The translations under genes were made by a program, and so were the position numbers. From Felis catus (Eukaryota), in NCBI RefSeq assembly GCF_018350175.1, contig NC_058368.1, forward strand, positions 213,530,001-213,594,000: a stretch of DNA of 64,000 bases, given 5' to 3'. Position 1 is the stretch's first letter. Each line of letters starts with the position of its first letter. The notes under the pieces are model-generated. The model searched no databases. It was given only the letters and a program-made list of their open reading frames with translations, and had not been told where the DNA came from. This document shows, one piece after another, positions 23,401 through 37,762 of the stretch.

Positions 23401-26400
23401 AAAAACAACTCCTTCTTAGTAGGTTCTTAGTCACCCAACTCTACCTCCTTCTGGATTCTGCCATTTACCTCTTATAAAGTCTTGATTTGTGCAAACGTGC
23501 TCTTTTGATGTCTTTTTCACTTTCCTTCAGATCATACCCAATTATCCTGAGGAGACAGCCCTCAGACAGACTTGCTAGCACCTCACCTATTGGTCTCACA
23601 TGTCCTCCTGTCATACCCACCAGTCCTTCCAGTTTGGGCTATGGAAACCCCTGGTAGCCTCTCCCACATTTAAAAATTCTCACATGACTGCACTTAGGTG
23701 GACTACGCAGTCCTTCCCATTTGGTCTCCTAGATTTTTTCCTACTGTCCCACTATTATCATAAACCAATTCTGCTGCAAAAGGAAATCTTTCCTCATTAA
23801 CATTGACTAGGCAAATGATCCAAATACTATGCTAATGTCGTAGTATATAATTTATATACTAACATATTCATGTTACTATGCATTCACATCAACAGCATTT
23901 CGTTTTTAATTTTCTCCATGCTATTTTTGTCCAGGACAAATTACCAGCAACAGATTATTATGAGACTCAGAGTCTTCTCTGTACTTCTTTTGCCTCGATT
24001 GGTGCTAATGACCCTTCCATATCTCCCCTATGCCTTGTTCCCTGGCCAGCAAAAGATGATGCTTCATATCACCAGAGGTCTTTGCTAGGATGTGTCCCTA
24101 GAGCTGAAGATGGGCCCGGTCTAAGACACATGAAATTCAGGAAAGCCCTCTGCCTGTCTTGAGTCTTGCCTGAGATCCAACTTTCTAGCCTTGCCAGGTG
24201 CATTTCCTATGGCAATTCCTATGCTTCCCTACATGTGGTACTGCCCTTGGACTTTCCTTGAAAGAGGGCAAGATCAGTGGTGCTCAAGGCTTACTGAAGC
24301 CAAACCATGTCCCAGAGATTATGCTCAATCTGTTTTCCAGCCTCGGGGTTACCAAGTGCTGAGAAATGTGTTAAAGATGACACAGAGACTGAGTTCCATA
24401 TTGCCCCTGCCACAGCTTCCATGTTCCCTGTGGTGAAAGCCACTGGAAGCTATGAGAATTAGCAACACACATTCTCCCTTTCTCTCCCTCTTCCCTAAAG
24501 CCAACCAAATCTGAGAGTTCACCACCAGCTAATCCTCAAACTCTCACACTGCACTATTCAAAAGACAGTCACCCTCCTCCCCCTCCCCAGAGGTGATGCT
24601 AAGAGAAGGGAGGCTTCTGTAGGCCTAGGCATCTCAGAACGCACATCAAGCTACTCACACACTAATGCAAACACTGATGAAATGTCTGTACCCTCCAGTT
24701 CTCTCCCCTTTCAAGCGGCTCCAGCTGCATCTTGAAACAATTTCCCCAGCTTGCCTCAATCCTTCCAGGGTCTGTTCCATTGGCTTGGCCAGAGTCTGCC
24801 CCCACCTCACTCCAAGCCTGGTTTCACTTATGTCAAAACAGCTTCCATCAAGATAGTGGGCTTCTTTTCCGAATTTCTTTCACTGTTTTGAAGTCAGCAC
24901 AGAAAAGACACTTAAGAAATTGCAAAATGAGTACTTCTATCAGTGTGTTCCCACTAATGTCACACACTGTTCTTCTCTTGAATCTCTTCTATACAGCGTA
25001 TTGACAAATATTTTTTAAGTATGATTTTCTTTTCTTCTTTTTCTTTCTTTTCCAAGGTTCTGTGGCTGGCAGGGCTGGGCTGGACAGAGCTCCTCATCTA
25101 CAAAGGTTCCTGTAAACTGGCTTTCTAAGTTTGGCAACCTTCTCTAGCAAAGAGTGCTTCTAAGAAGTTGGATTTGGCGGCTGTTTTCCCTCTTGTTCAT
25201 CCATCTGCGTGATCCTCTAGAACCCTTCTTGGTTTGGAGAACCTCAGTTACAAGCAAGACAGATCAACAGAACTCTGGCCTAGAGAAACACATCAGCCAA
25301 GTCCTTACAGATATTAACAGAACACTGAAAAATCTTGGCTTCTCATCAGCGCACTCTTCATATTGACCAACTGGAACTGTGGCATCGGTGAGTATCTTCG
25401 TGACCCCTGGTTCTTAGTTGTGTTCAGACAAGGAACATACAGAGGCATTTGTATGTTTGCGATTGTCTACTGAGATTTTAAACAAAACTGCAAGTGTTAA
25501 AGAAAGCTGAAATTATCAGATGCACAAGCATCAATGCTGATTCGAAACTGTAAAACTTACTTTTAATGGTGCGTTGATAAGAGAAGCTCCAAAAGCGCAC
25601 TGGAGTTATAATAGACAAGGGGGGCGCGAATACCCATATTATGCTGTCACTCCATGCTGTGTACAGAGTTAACTGCACATGCACTCTGCCTCATGTCAGC
25701 CTAAAGCAACCCTAAGGTTGATGTTACGGGTCATGTTTCAGAGAGGGGAAAACTGGAGAATAACTGGCTCCAGGTCTCAGAGCCAGCAAGGGTGGAGCTG
25801 GGATTCAAATTCCCACCTGATCACAAACAAACCCAGCCAGGGACCTTGGGATTCACTGTAGCCAAGCCCCATCCTACTGGTGGTCATTATGATAAGTTTG
25901 GATGAAGGAGAAGGCCTACAACTTCCAATAGCCAAAAGAAACCTCTCCCCACTTTAATATCACAAGGGATTCCATTTTAGTGATATGTTAACAACCCAGA
26001 ATATGTCCCATGCCCATAAGAAAAGGGCCCTAGGGAAAACAAGAGGTACTTTCAGGCAGGTCCAGAAGGCAGGTTAGTATTTGGGAGGGGTGAGGTGGTT
26101 TCTTGGGGTGTGGGTGGAAGCGGCCAGCTCTCATTCCATCTCTCAGGTATGAGCTGAGACAGTCCCCGGGAATCCCGGAAAAGCAGATGCAATACTTGCT
26201 CAGATTAGCCAGAATCAGAGGATTAAGGAACCAACCTGGCCCCCAACCCAGCCAAGGCCACACAAGACGGCCAACACAAGATATGCCCTCCGGCGATGGC
26301 CTCTCCCTCAGGCACACTCTGGAGCTCAGTCACCCCCTCCCTCCCCACAGTGCCCCCACCCCAGACCAGTATTACGCACTGCACACCTCTCCTTCTACGA

Positions 26401-26599
26401 TGAACTATCCCTTCTGACTGCAGGTAGTCTGTGTACACTTTCTGGCCGTAAGAGGCACCTTAATACCATATTCATTGTTCCTGTGCATTCTTGTCCAAGA
26501 TAACGTGCTGTCAAGTGGTGATGGGCCCACATGGGTCAGAATGGGCATGAGGCAGGTAAATCTCTGGGCTGAAGTACCACTCAGATGTCCCCTCAAGTA

Positions 26600-27484
26600 A
26601 GCACTTGCTGTCCAGTTGGTGAGGAGTGTTAGTTAGGTCAGGACCTCCGGCTGTGAGCTTCATCAGGGTCCCCCTCAGCTTTCAAGTCAAGGTCATGCTC
26701 TCCTGGGGCAATTTCTGGCCAATGACAAGCAAGATGGTATAGGGACCAAGGGCAGGTTGTCCCAAGATGGGCCACTTTGGTGTGAAGATTATTTTGAGTT
26801 AAAAAACAATCAAACTCAGCAGTTTTGGCAACTCCAATGTTTTACAAAGGCCTGAAAAGAATTTAGATAGAGGAACTGCTCCAGGAAGAGAGCTATCAGC
26901 ATAGATAACTGCATTGTACTGTGAACTAGATATGATGGTCAGGGAGGAACCTAGCAAGGCCAGTTTGTTCAAACTCATTGTTTGAGTGGCCCAGCAAACA
27001 TCTGTTTACCAAACATTCATTCTTTTTCATCTTCCTGTGAATTGCATTCCCTCTTTTTGAAGTCCAAGACCCTTATCTCCTTCCTCTTAGTTCAGAATGA
27101 CACATAGACCTCTTTTTGCCTGTCTTTGATATTTCTATGTCTGTGTAGATTCCTTGTATGTATGCTATTAAATTTGATTTTCTCCTGTTAATCTGCGTCA
27201 TGTCAATATGATGCTTAGTCTGGCTAGAAGGACCTTGAGGAGACAGGATCTTCTTGCTTCCTGACAACTGGGAGATGGGGCCTGGCCATTGCTACCCAGT
27301 GCAGAGTTCCCCCAGGCACACTTGTTCTCAGAGCCCCGTGTTGGGCTGACCGACTTTGTCAGGTGGGCAGCACGGTGTGTGGCTCCCCTGCCCAGCACCG
27401 CTTCCTCCCGTTTACTTTCCCAGGACATTTTGCACTCTTAGCTCTAACTCAGCATCTGCTTCCTGGAGAACATGAGTGAGGGCA
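26600..27484 (+). mobile_element. ERVL LTR (LTR16-like) interrupted by the MER34-like LTR
   Basis: 3' end 'ctcagcatctgcttcctggagaac' is typical of LTR16. LTR-like sequence on both sides of 26739-27266. The 5' boundary is approximate. Confidence 0.5.
26739..27266 (+). mobile_element. ERV1-class solo LTR, MER34-like
   Basis: Starts 'tatagggacc...gccactttgg...gattattttgag', has ATTAAA and 'ttttctcctgttaatctg', and ends '...cttcctgaca'. Confidence 0.7.
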
Positions 27485-28241
27485 ATATAAAGAAAATAAC
27501 AAAGTATGTCCCAAAAAGGAGGTGATAGGAAATAACAGTAGCCAAAAAAGGCTGTGAGGGATGCGTAGGACTCAGCTAATCTGGGTACAGAAGCAGCCAG
27601 CAGAGCATTCTTGAGAAGTCAGGTTGGATGATCGGCATTTAAACCTGTTTGCTGATGGCAGGAAAAAACCAAAGGGCAAGAGGCTCCTTTTGCAAAGGTG
27701 CCCCTTTGGATTAGACTCTCTTCACTCAATACCTAAACAACTTCACCAAACTTCATCTCAGCATCAAGTATTTGGAGCAAGATTATGCTTGATTCAGGTG
27801 TCAGCACTGCCACTTTGGGCCCTTGGGCAGGACATTAAACCTCAGAGACTGACCCCTGAGTCTTGTAGACCTATGGTCATTGGAAGGATTGAATAGAATA
27901 ATGGACTACGTGGGCTGGTTTCCCATGTGGTACATAATAAATACCAGTGCTAGCCCCTTTCCCTTTCAGAAATTTGCTAGGTGATCGTAGGTCAGCCTGT
28001 TAGACTGGTCTGCTGACATTGTCCTGGATGAAAAGCAAACTCACAGAAGGGAGTGGTCAGATTCTGTGGTCTGAATGAAGCAGAGAGAACCACAGTCAAG
28101 TCCAGGTGGGGGCAAGGGGAATGGGTTCTGGAGAAACCAAATTCACAAGGATAGGCAGAGTCAGAAATTATTCTAAAACCAAAGATCTGAAAAGGCAGAG
28201 CAAACGTGTGTTAGACACAGAGCCCTCACAGAGAGGCATTG

Positions 28242-28439
28242 TTTTTAAAGTGCATTTGAGAGAGAGAGAGCACACAAAGTGGGGAGGGGCAGAGAAAAAA
28301 GGAGAGAGAGAATCCCATGCAGGCTCCGTGCTGTCAGCGCAGAGCCTGCCTTGGGGCTCGATCTCACGAACCGTGAGATCACGACATGAAACGAAATCAA
28401 GAGTCAGACACTTAACCAACTGAGCCACCCAGGTGTCCC
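28242..28439 (-). mobile_element. CAN-SINE
   Basis: Ends 'ctgagccacccaggtgtccc'. TSD tcacagagaggcatt / tcacagacaggcgtt. Confidence 0.93.
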
Positions 28440-30253
28440 TCACAGACAGGCGTTCTGGGGGTCTCGTGGACTATGTGGTTCCACAGAGAAGAAGGGGTGT
28501 GTGTGTGCTGTGGGGGATCAGGCTCATATAGGCAATCAGCATGGACTGTGGCCAATTGCAGGCCATATTCTCTGCCAGAGAGAGAAAGGCACATGTCTTT
28601 CAAAACACAGACCAAGGGTGGCCTCTTGTTTTGCTTCCATGTCCATCTGGCTGGGGTCAGCCTCCAACTCCCGGAGAAATTGCAAGCTCTCTGGCCTGAC
28701 CTGAACCTCGAGGACGGTCCCAGAGGTCCTGGAACTGACCCAGGACTCAGGGTGGAGCCTAGGAGGTTGCTTATCCCAACCAACCACGCTGTGAGATGGG
28801 CTGACCCCTGAAACTCTGTAAAATATGTGGGCCGCTGACACGGGCAACTGCCACGATTAAATCAGATGCATGTGTGCACAAGCAGAAACGCTGCCCCTCT
28901 CTCAGCATCCTCTCTCTCTGACCTACCTTTCTGCCATTTGTCACAGATAACTGGACAACAACTCTCCCTTTTGGTTCTGTTGCCTCCTTTAAAAGGGCAT
29001 CTTTTACTTTTCTGAGGCAGGGATTTCAAAAACCCAGTTGTTTTAATATTAAACGTTTCAACATATTACAATGCCATTAGACAGTCAAACATTATGATAT
29101 TTTTTAAATGTCTAGAGAGGGTCTCTGTAGATACATGATTTCAACTCTAGGGGAAAACACTCCCAGCATGAACAGCCAGCATCTCTACTTTTGTGAGAGG
29201 TGCACACAGGTGTGGGTATTTGAGTCACAAGCATGTTTTAGAATATTAGCAGCTCACTTTGTTACCAAGTGTTCTCAACAGGAAATAGCTGGCAGACAGC
29301 ACATGCTAAACTTGGAACCCTCCAACCTCGAGCAAACAGAAAACATCCAAAAACAAAATCAGAGCCATGGGCTGCCTGGAAAAACAAATACCCCAAAAAG
29401 TTATTTCTTGAATTGCACACCAGGAAGTGTGATCTGGAAGAGTCTGGAAGTGAGGGAAACAAAAGCATTGACCAGAGGACCTTCTTGAATCTCTGGGGGA
29501 AGAAAATATGAGAGTTTTCCACTGTGGCACTGTTCCATTTAGACTCAAGTATTTCTCACAGATAAAGGGGTATCTTAGCTTGTTCTGGCTTCCCAAACTG
29601 GGGACCAAACCACACCCACTTTTCACAGAGATTGGAGCTTTATGAGGACAGCAGTGATCAGGGGTCAGGGCACCCATATGCTCCACGTGGGCTCTGGGAA
29701 AGACCCAGGACACCGTATTTCAGAAAATACAGCAACTCTCAATAACTAGGAGGGTTTTTTTTTTTTTTTTTTGCTGTTAACACCTTGCATCCTGAGTTCT
29801 CTTCAGAGATTTCCTTCTAAAGAGACTTAACTGCAGTCTTTTAAAATTTGCTTTTATGGTGTACTGAGAACATCAAGATGAGAGGTGTTTACTTTCCCTG
29901 TTCAACTTCTCAAAGGATGGACGTGTCGGCATCACCTGTTCTCAGAAGGGCCCTTCCTGGTACTTTGGCTTTGGGCAAAAGGACATGATCTCTTAGATGA
30001 CTTAAGAGAGTGAAAAGCTTTGTTGGACAAAGCAGATGGGTGGCAAATTTCAATACTGCTGTTTCTTCAAGAACTTTAAAGGAGAAATCTTTACATTATC
30101 AGGCACAAAGCTTATAAGGCCCAATTTCACTAGAAATATCTTCAAGACATAAATGTAAATATGAGGCAAAGTCCAAAGGGGCCTCTCACAGACTCTTTCA
30201 AGTGGCTTAAGTTCCACATCAGAGTCTACAGTTCCGGTCTAAGGAAAATGTCT

Positions 30254-30462
30254 GGGAGCTCCTGGTGGCTCAGTGGTGAAGTGTCTGACTCTTGGTATTG
30301 GCTCAGGTCCTGATCTTGTGGTCGTGGGATGGAGCCCGTCAGCACGGAGGCTGCTTGGGATTCTCTCTCTCTCCCTTTCTCTCTGCACTTCCTGCCCTGC
30401 TTCCCCACCCCCACCGTGTACATGCACTCTCTCCCAAAATAAATATAAACATTTTTTAAAAA
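30254..30462 (+). mobile_element. CAN-SINE (internally deleted)
   Basis: 'ctggtggctcagtggtgaagtgtctgactcttgg', CT tract, aaataaatataaac tail. TSD-like aaaatgtctgg / aaaagtctgg. Confidence 0.9.
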
Positions 30463-30974
30463 GTCTGGTTTTTAAAGTTTAGATGTCCCAATTCTCTCTC
30501 TCTAGGGCAGAGGTGAGGAATAGAAGGAAAACAAGACAAAAAGCAACTTAGAGGAAGAACAAGTAAGAAAAGTGGGTTTTCAGATTTCATTCTTTTCTTA
30601 AATCTTAACAGGGCCAATTAATGAAGTTGTATTTAAAATGCCCTGCCTTGGATTTCAAGACAACACAAAGACACCTCTCTGATAACACCGAATCCAACCA
30701 TAAATCACTCCCCAGCTTCCATGAATGAATGTGGAGGTGAAGACAAAAAAACACACAACTACTCCCCCAACCCCCAAAAGGGGGCTTCCTATGAGGCATT
30801 TAGTAGCAGACACAAGAGACTCAGTCGTTCCAAGGAAAAGATTTTCTCTGAAAATTAAGGAGATGATATGCAGAGAATAAGGCTCAAAATATGCAGAGCA
30901 GGCATGCTGGCTCAGTGCTGACAAAGAATAGAATAAGGTAGTTGACTTCTGCCCTCATAGATTTCACAGTGAAC

Positions 30975-31385
30975 CTATAATTAATGTTACAAATTAATGT
31001 GTCAATTTTATAATTAACTCTATAATTATTATAGTATATTATGAATTGTATTATGTCAATAATATAACATATTATTGTTAACATTATATTGACATTATAT
31101 ATCATTGTTATATATTAATATATGTTGTTATATTGACATTATATATCATTGACATAATCGACATAATGTAACAGGTTATATTTTTAACATAACATTTATA
31201 TTATAAATTATACTATATTATCACAGAAATAAAATTTTATATAACAAAACAGCAAGATAAAAATTAATAGATCTTAATAAAATTTATTAGCTACTAGGTA
31301 AATATTTAAAAATATTGATATGTAAAATAAAAACATATAATATGAATTTATATTCTATAAATTTTAAAATGATATTAATTATATG
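30975..31385. repeat. AT-rich low-complexity tract with internal repeats
   Basis: Very AT-rich. 'ttatattgacattatatatcattg' occurs twice (31084 and 31127). Confidence 0.8.
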
Positions 31386-31660
31386 AAGAATGTTCCAACA
31401 GAAGCACAGGTTACTTCAGAAACTTCTAAAAGAGGGCCTGGCCTGCTTTGGGGATGGATGTGAACATGAAAGGTTTCCTTCAGGAAGAACCAGGGGTCTG
31501 AGGTCCAGCAGAAGTCAGCTAGGCTGAGAGGAGGCTGAAGCATGGGGTCTGGAATGAGGAGAGAAGGTCCAGGCAGAAATTAAGATCACGTTCAAGGCTC
31601 TGGGTTGGAACTTGACCGTGAATTCTAATTCCGCTCACACTGGAGATGTCATAGTGGAAA

Positions 31661-32116
31661 GCTTCTGGGTTGAATGGCTCCCCCCGCACCCCTCCTCCCC
31701 CATACACGCCTACCTAGAGCCTCAGAATGTGATGTTACACGGAAAGAGGGCCTCTGCATTGCACATGTAATTACTTAAGGATTACACTGTATCGGGGTGG
31801 ACTCTGAATCCAAAGAAAGTGTCCTTATAAGAGACAGAAAAGAACACACAGAGACCCAGAGAAGGTGGTGGTATGTAGCTGGAGGTGGAGATTGGTGTGA
31901 TACATCTATAGGCCAAGAAATGCCCGGGATTTCCTACAGAGATGAAGGCTGACAGACCGAGACATTTCTTTCCTCAGAGTCTCTGGGAGGAACCATCTCT
32001 GTTGCCAACTTGATTTTGGACTGCTAATCTCCAGAACCATGAGAAAAGACGTTTCTGCTGCTGGAAGCCATTGCGTTTGTGGTACTTTCTTACATCACTC
32101 AGAGAAAATGAATACA
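31661..32116 (+). mobile_element. MaLR solo LTR (MLT1B/C-like)
   Basis: 'gggttgaat...cctcagaatgtga...tgtccttataagag...ttgattttggact...ctccagaaccatgaga...gtttgtggtacttt...aatgaataca'. Confidence 0.85.
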
Positions 32117-32836
32117 GCCTCGCCCCACCCCTTTCAGCTTTTCCATGACTTTGACTCTTGAACTTCTTTCACAGTAAGATGCAATCTTGTAAAGCCTCTA
32201 AGACCTGCTTAAGGTAACTTCATCATGTTTTTCATGGTTATATAACCACAAGATTTTAAATACATATATTAGATATGCTATTGAAGTGACTTAAAGCCCC
32301 TTTTAGTATAATCTTTCAAAATATCAAGATGTATTTCCCTGTTTCCCAAGTAATGCATGCTGTTTCATTTACTTCAGATTAATCCGTAAGAACAAAGATG
32401 ATCTATTGACTCAAATTTAAATACTATATATCACTGAAAAATATTTAAAATATGTGTTTTAAAAATACAGGGAAAAATTACCTATGTGATACTTATGGCA
32501 TCAATAACAGGAAAAACATTACCCTGCTGTTTTAATTCTTGAATCTTTAGAATTTTTGCATTTGGATTGTATAAAATGTCCTGGTTTATTTTAAAAATCA
32601 TTATGTTTCATATTTAGATGAAAAGGAATGACAGAGATTTCCAGCTGCAACTTATAATCATTTCTTCTCACACAATACATTGCGGGGTAAATAGTCTTTA
32701 CTCCAATAAACAGCAGCAACATTGACTAGAACAAGAGACAGATGTTATGTATACATTTTGATCAGACTAATGGTACCTAAGATCTGGTGAAGATCATCTT
32801 CAGGAGAACAATCACTGTATGTTCCTCATTAATTTG

Positions 32837-33046
32837 TTTTTTTTTTTTTTTCATGTTTATTTTTGAGAGAGAGACAGAGTGTGAGTGGGGGAGGGGCAGA
32901 GAGAGAGGGAGACACAGAATCGGAAGCAGGCTGCAGGCTCCAAGGTGCCAGCGATGGAGCCCAATGTGGGGCTCGAACTCACAAACCACGAGATCGTGAC
33001 CTGAGCTGAAGTTGGATCCTCAACTGACTGAACCATCCAGGTGCCC
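32837..33046 (-). mobile_element. Feline CAN-SINE
   Basis: Poly-T, 'gtttatttttgagagagagacagag', ends 'ccaggtgccc'. Confidence 0.95.
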
Positions 33047-34411
33047 TGTCTTTCATGACTTTTTAAAGGCATAGCAACAAAGATAGTGCCAAGCAAGGGA
33101 AATGATTTAGGACTATACAACGGACAAAACCACTAGGGTGGCTATAGCTCATCATCCACAAGATGAAGTCATGTGGGTAACTGAGTCACAGAAACACCAA
33201 CTATTTTCCCATTCAGTATCTGCTCTGAGATTCTTAAATAATTTCAGAGGGGAAAATGTTTAAGCAATTATTTTATTTTTTGATTTTTAGCAAGACAACT
33301 GAAGGTGACTCCATGATCACCTTTAACAACAGGACCTCCGGAACACCTTTGCCAATTCTTAGTAACTTCCCCGTCACAGGTTTGTAATGTGTGACCTCCT
33401 GCCCGAGGGTGGGGTCTTGTGGTACGGTGAGTTTCAGAGAGCTCAAACCACTGAGTGGTGATTTCCCCCTGGCTCAGGGCCAACAGGCATTATATGTCCT
33501 ATCAGCTTCTCTCCTCACTAAACATGCGTCAGAGGGTATTTAAAAAGCAAACAAACCCAATAAAGATGTCAATGTGTACTATTCATGTTTCACACAGGTT
33601 TCTAAAGGGCCCTAAACTTTGGGAGAGGCTCGGTTTCCTCTTTGTCCTTTCCCCTACGCCATCTGACAGGTCATCAGAACACGTGTTTTAACCCGGCAGT
33701 AGTTCCTTCCTTTTCCTGTAGCAGTAGCAACGGGCTGCCACCTTGTCAGCCAAGCATTGACAGCACATGTTACATAACAGAATTAAAGACTTCAGTCATT
33801 TGCATTGCTCAGACCTCACCTAGAAGTTCTTGCAAAGGGAGGAGTCCCCAGCCATAGCTTCTTTAAGACAGGCCCGCATTTCTAATGGGTGCCTTCATCT
33901 AACAGGTCTGTTTTCCATTCCTTATACAGTAAAGTTTGGATTTGCTACTCACAGCCTTCACGTAGGAGAGAGTGGGAGGAAAGGTGAAGAGAATAGTGTC
34001 AGGCAAAGTGTATCAGTGGAGGGATAAAAGACTAATCAGAGCCCCTAGGGTTACACATTACACACTATTATCACTACTGCCTTACTTTGGTGTAACTCTA
34101 CATCTTATGAAAGTCAATAGTAGTACTATCATCATCACTATCCGACCACTACAAACTTGTGAGGTGGGCAAGGAATATGTGGCTGTCACCAGTCTATAAG
34201 TGCTAAAATTTAGGAATAATGACGATGGAGCTTCACGGAGCCCATCTGGACTCCTGGTCCGGAGCACCTTCCTCCTTCTGTACAGAGGGAAAGAGATGGT
34301 AAAGCTGCTGTGTTTGGAACCGGCTGGACTCTAGCCGGGAAGATCTTCCAGAATTGTCCCTGTGCCACGGGGAGGATGTGATGCTCACTGGGGCACGGGC
34401 TGAGTTAGACC

Positions 34412-34630
34412 TAGCAGCCCATTGGATAGAATGCAGGTTTTGGAGCCTGGAAGTCCTAGGTTTGAATCCAGACTTTGTCACTTGCCAGTTGTAGGACTTT
34501 AAAGTGATTTATTTATTTGTTTGTTTGTTTGTTTATTTATTTATTTATTTATTTATTTATTTTTTCCTCAGTTTCCTCATCTGAAATGGATTGCTAAGAG
34601 AATTAAATGATATTTAGCAATACCTGAAAA
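34412..34630 (+). mobile_element. MIR remnant containing a (TTTG)/(TTTA) microsatellite
   Basis: 'ttggagcc...ggtttgaatcc...cctcagtttcctcatctgaaatgg'. Tetramer run at 34507-34562. Confidence 0.75.
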
Positions 34631-35185
34631 ATGTTCACAATGACTACATCCAAGCCCACCGGGCTACATATGGAGACAAGTCAACTAACCACATATAAAA
34701 ATCGCCATTGGAGAAGGGGAAGAATCAGAACCCACGTGACGAAGCTGAAAATGCTGGGGAAGTGGATACCAGTCCCACATGCTCAGAGAAAGTTGATTCT
34801 ACTGCAGCCCCTGCAAGCAACTCAACTTCCTAACCTAGCATTCTAGAGTGTCACATTGAACCACCCCAAACTCAGAGTATAGGCTCAGCTAGAAAAATGC
34901 CTGTTTCAAAAAAGCAAGAGGACAAGGAAAATTTTCAGAAATGTCTATCTACCACTGTTGGGCTCCTCGATTCATCTCTTCCCAACTCCTCAAGAGGTGG
35001 TCCCCTTTGGAAGTTCCACCGAACACTTAGACACCTCCAGTGCCCAGCCTTGGGCTGATTACATTCAACTTGGCATTTGATGATTAAACTTCCTCAAATT
35101 GCTCCTTGGTTGTTTTTATGTGCTTGTCACATTGATCAACAAGACCGTGTGCACCCTATAGCAGGTTCATGGCTCTTTTGCAACC

Positions 35186-35404
35186 TTTTTTTTTTTTTTC
35201 TTAATTATTTTGTAAGTTTATTAATTTATTTTGAGAGCATGAGCAGCGGAGGGGCAGAGAGAGAGGGAAGGAGAGAATCCTAAGCAGACTCCATGCTGTC
35301 AGCGCAGAACCCAATGTGGAACTTGATCCGCCAACCTGTGATATCAGGACCTGAGTTGAAATCAACAGTCAGATGCTTAACTGACTGAGACACTCAGGCG
35401 TCCC
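35186..35404 (-). mobile_element. CAN-SINE
   Basis: Poly-T, GA tract, ends 'ctcaggcgtccc'. TSD ctcttttgcaacc / ctcttttacatcc. Confidence 0.9.
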
Positions 35405-35899
35405 TCTTTTACATCCGCTTGTCCCTGTCTTTCCCATGTCCTCCCCTAGAATGTAGTGTATTCCCAAGCATACTGCAAGCCAACAGTCAGGCATATAATA
35501 ATAGAACTGAATCCTTTATCCTCAGCACTGAGAAGTAATGAGAGTGGTAGAAAACAGCATTCAGAGTATCAACAACAAGGCAATGATTTTCAAAACATAT
35601 GAGAATTTTACAAAAATGTATTTAAACATGGAGCCACATTTCTGAAACATGAATCACTGTAAGTGAGGAAAGGGGTTTAGAAATAGTAATAGCTCTATAA
35701 TTTATATGCATGTGCCATGGTCTACACACTGTAGTAAGCACATTGAGAAACTTCTGTGATTTGTGAATATATTCTTGCAAAAACTCATATGGTGGGGATG
35801 TTAGTGAGATGTGAAAGTCACTCCTTCATATCATCCTCAAAACCATTCCTATAACCTTTGACTTTTATCTCATCCATAAGTTTCCTGTATCTTCTTCTT

Positions 35900-36430
35900 T
35901 GTAACTTCCTGCATTTATGGTCTTACTTAAGAGGCTTCCCCACCCTAGATAATATTCTATTTTTCTTCTAATACCTTCACAGATTTCATTTTTATGTTTA
36001 GCTTTTTATCCCATCTGGAATTTAGTCATCTATTTTAAGGCAGGACTTAACCTCACAGTCTCCCATAAAAAGTTTTAGCTAATTATTGCAATGAAATTCG
36101 CTAGGCAGACCATAATTTTTCTTCCATTTTTAAAGTCTCTCCTTTTCACACACCAAATTTCCTGATATTTATGGGCCTATTTGGGATTCCTTCCTTTGTT
36201 CACCTGGTCTGTTTGGTAATTCCTGTGCCACACTATTTGAATTACTATAGTTTTAAAGTATAGTTTGCTTTCTGGTAAGGCAGCCCACATCCTTCCTCAT
36301 TGTTCTTATTTTTCCAAAAATTTCTTAGCTATCACTCACTTTTCCCTCTTCCAGATGAGTTCCAGTTCATCTGTTCAAGTTCCAAAATAATTCTTTTCAA
36401 ATTTTGATGGAAATTGCATTTAGTTACAGA
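35900..36430 (-). mobile_element. Degraded L1 (L1ME-like) ORF2 fragment
   Basis: 'tcccatctggaattta', 'gtgccacactatttgaattactatag', 'tctggtaaggca...ttgttcttatttttc'. Confidence 0.6.
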
Positions 36431-37394
36431 TAGGAAAGGAAGACAGCAGGATCTAGTATCCTTGAAGGACTGTCTGTAGAGCTGTAGGTACAAGAACTGT
36501 GATTATAGATACATAATGTGAACAATTGTTTAGTTAAGGATACAAAAAGTTAAGATTGCCCCCATTAAAAAGCAAACAAATTCACCATACCCAGCCTTAG
36601 CTTAGAATCTTTAGAATAAATCTCCATGCTGTAATCAGCATCCCACAAGTTTTCAACTGAGGTTATGAAATCCAAGAAGGTTTTCTTTAAAAGTTATTTT
36701 TACCAAATTATAAATCAAAGGTATATAGAGGTTACAAATTCAGACGTTCCCATCACATAATTATTTCAAATCACCCTCTCCCTTCTCCATTCTAACCTGA
36801 ATTTTAGAGTGCAGTTTTTATGATATACTATATCTCCTGGAAGAGATATCTCAAAATTATTACCATAGACATTTAGTGGAACAAGTCCAATTTTAAACTA
36901 AAAACACTACTTTAAAAGATATATTTTAATTCTGGCATCCCTATTTATATAATAATTAAAATTCAATTAAAAAGTCATAATATTAAAACACTGATGGATT
37001 TCCTTTAGAGAAGGTGGAGCATATTTTTCCTTAAAAAGAAAAACAAACAAACAAAAACCAAAAAATAAGAAGGGTTTAAAAACTTGTTTCAAAGAGTAAT
37101 AAGAGCTAGAAATAAGATCTGTATTTAAAATAGACAAAAATCTTGTGCTGATGCTTGCGGGCAAAGAAAAAGAAAACATACTCTGTCTAGCCTACTTTTC
37201 ATATTTTTTTTCTATGCTTCAGGAGATATTATAAAGATAACAATCCAGCATGACTGAAGGGCAGAGATCACATGCAAGAGCAACGATTTCTCTGTCCGAT
37301 AGGCTGCATTTGACTAAGAGAGAAGGGGCACAAAACCTTTCATGAGATGTTACACAGATCTTGTTCTGACTTAACACATTCACGGAGTGAATAG

Positions 37395-37762
37395 ATGCAT
37401 CATAGATTGACACATCTGTACAAGGGAATGCTACTCAGCAATGAAAAGGAAGAGCTACTGATACATTTAACAGCATGGATGAACTTCAAATGCATTATTA
37501 TCCTAAGTGAAAGACTTAAATGGCTACTTAAGTAGCTTAATTAAGACTTGATGTAGGATTCCATTTATGTAACATCCTGGAAAAGGCAAAACAACAGGGA
37601 CAGCGAACATATCAGCGGTTGCCAGAAGCTATGGGGGGAGGGGAGGGTTTGACCACAGGGGGACACTTTTCAGGGTGATGGAATGGTTCTCCTCTTGACT
37701 GAGGTGGTAATTTACATGACTCATGTTGGTCATAATTTATAGAATGGTACAACTGGAAGGGT
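37395..37762 (+). mobile_element. Old L1 (L1MC/MD-like) 3' region
   Basis: 'ctactcagcaatgaaaagga...catggatgaa...gattccatttat...ggaaaaggcaaaac...tcagcggttgccag'. Confidence 0.8.
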
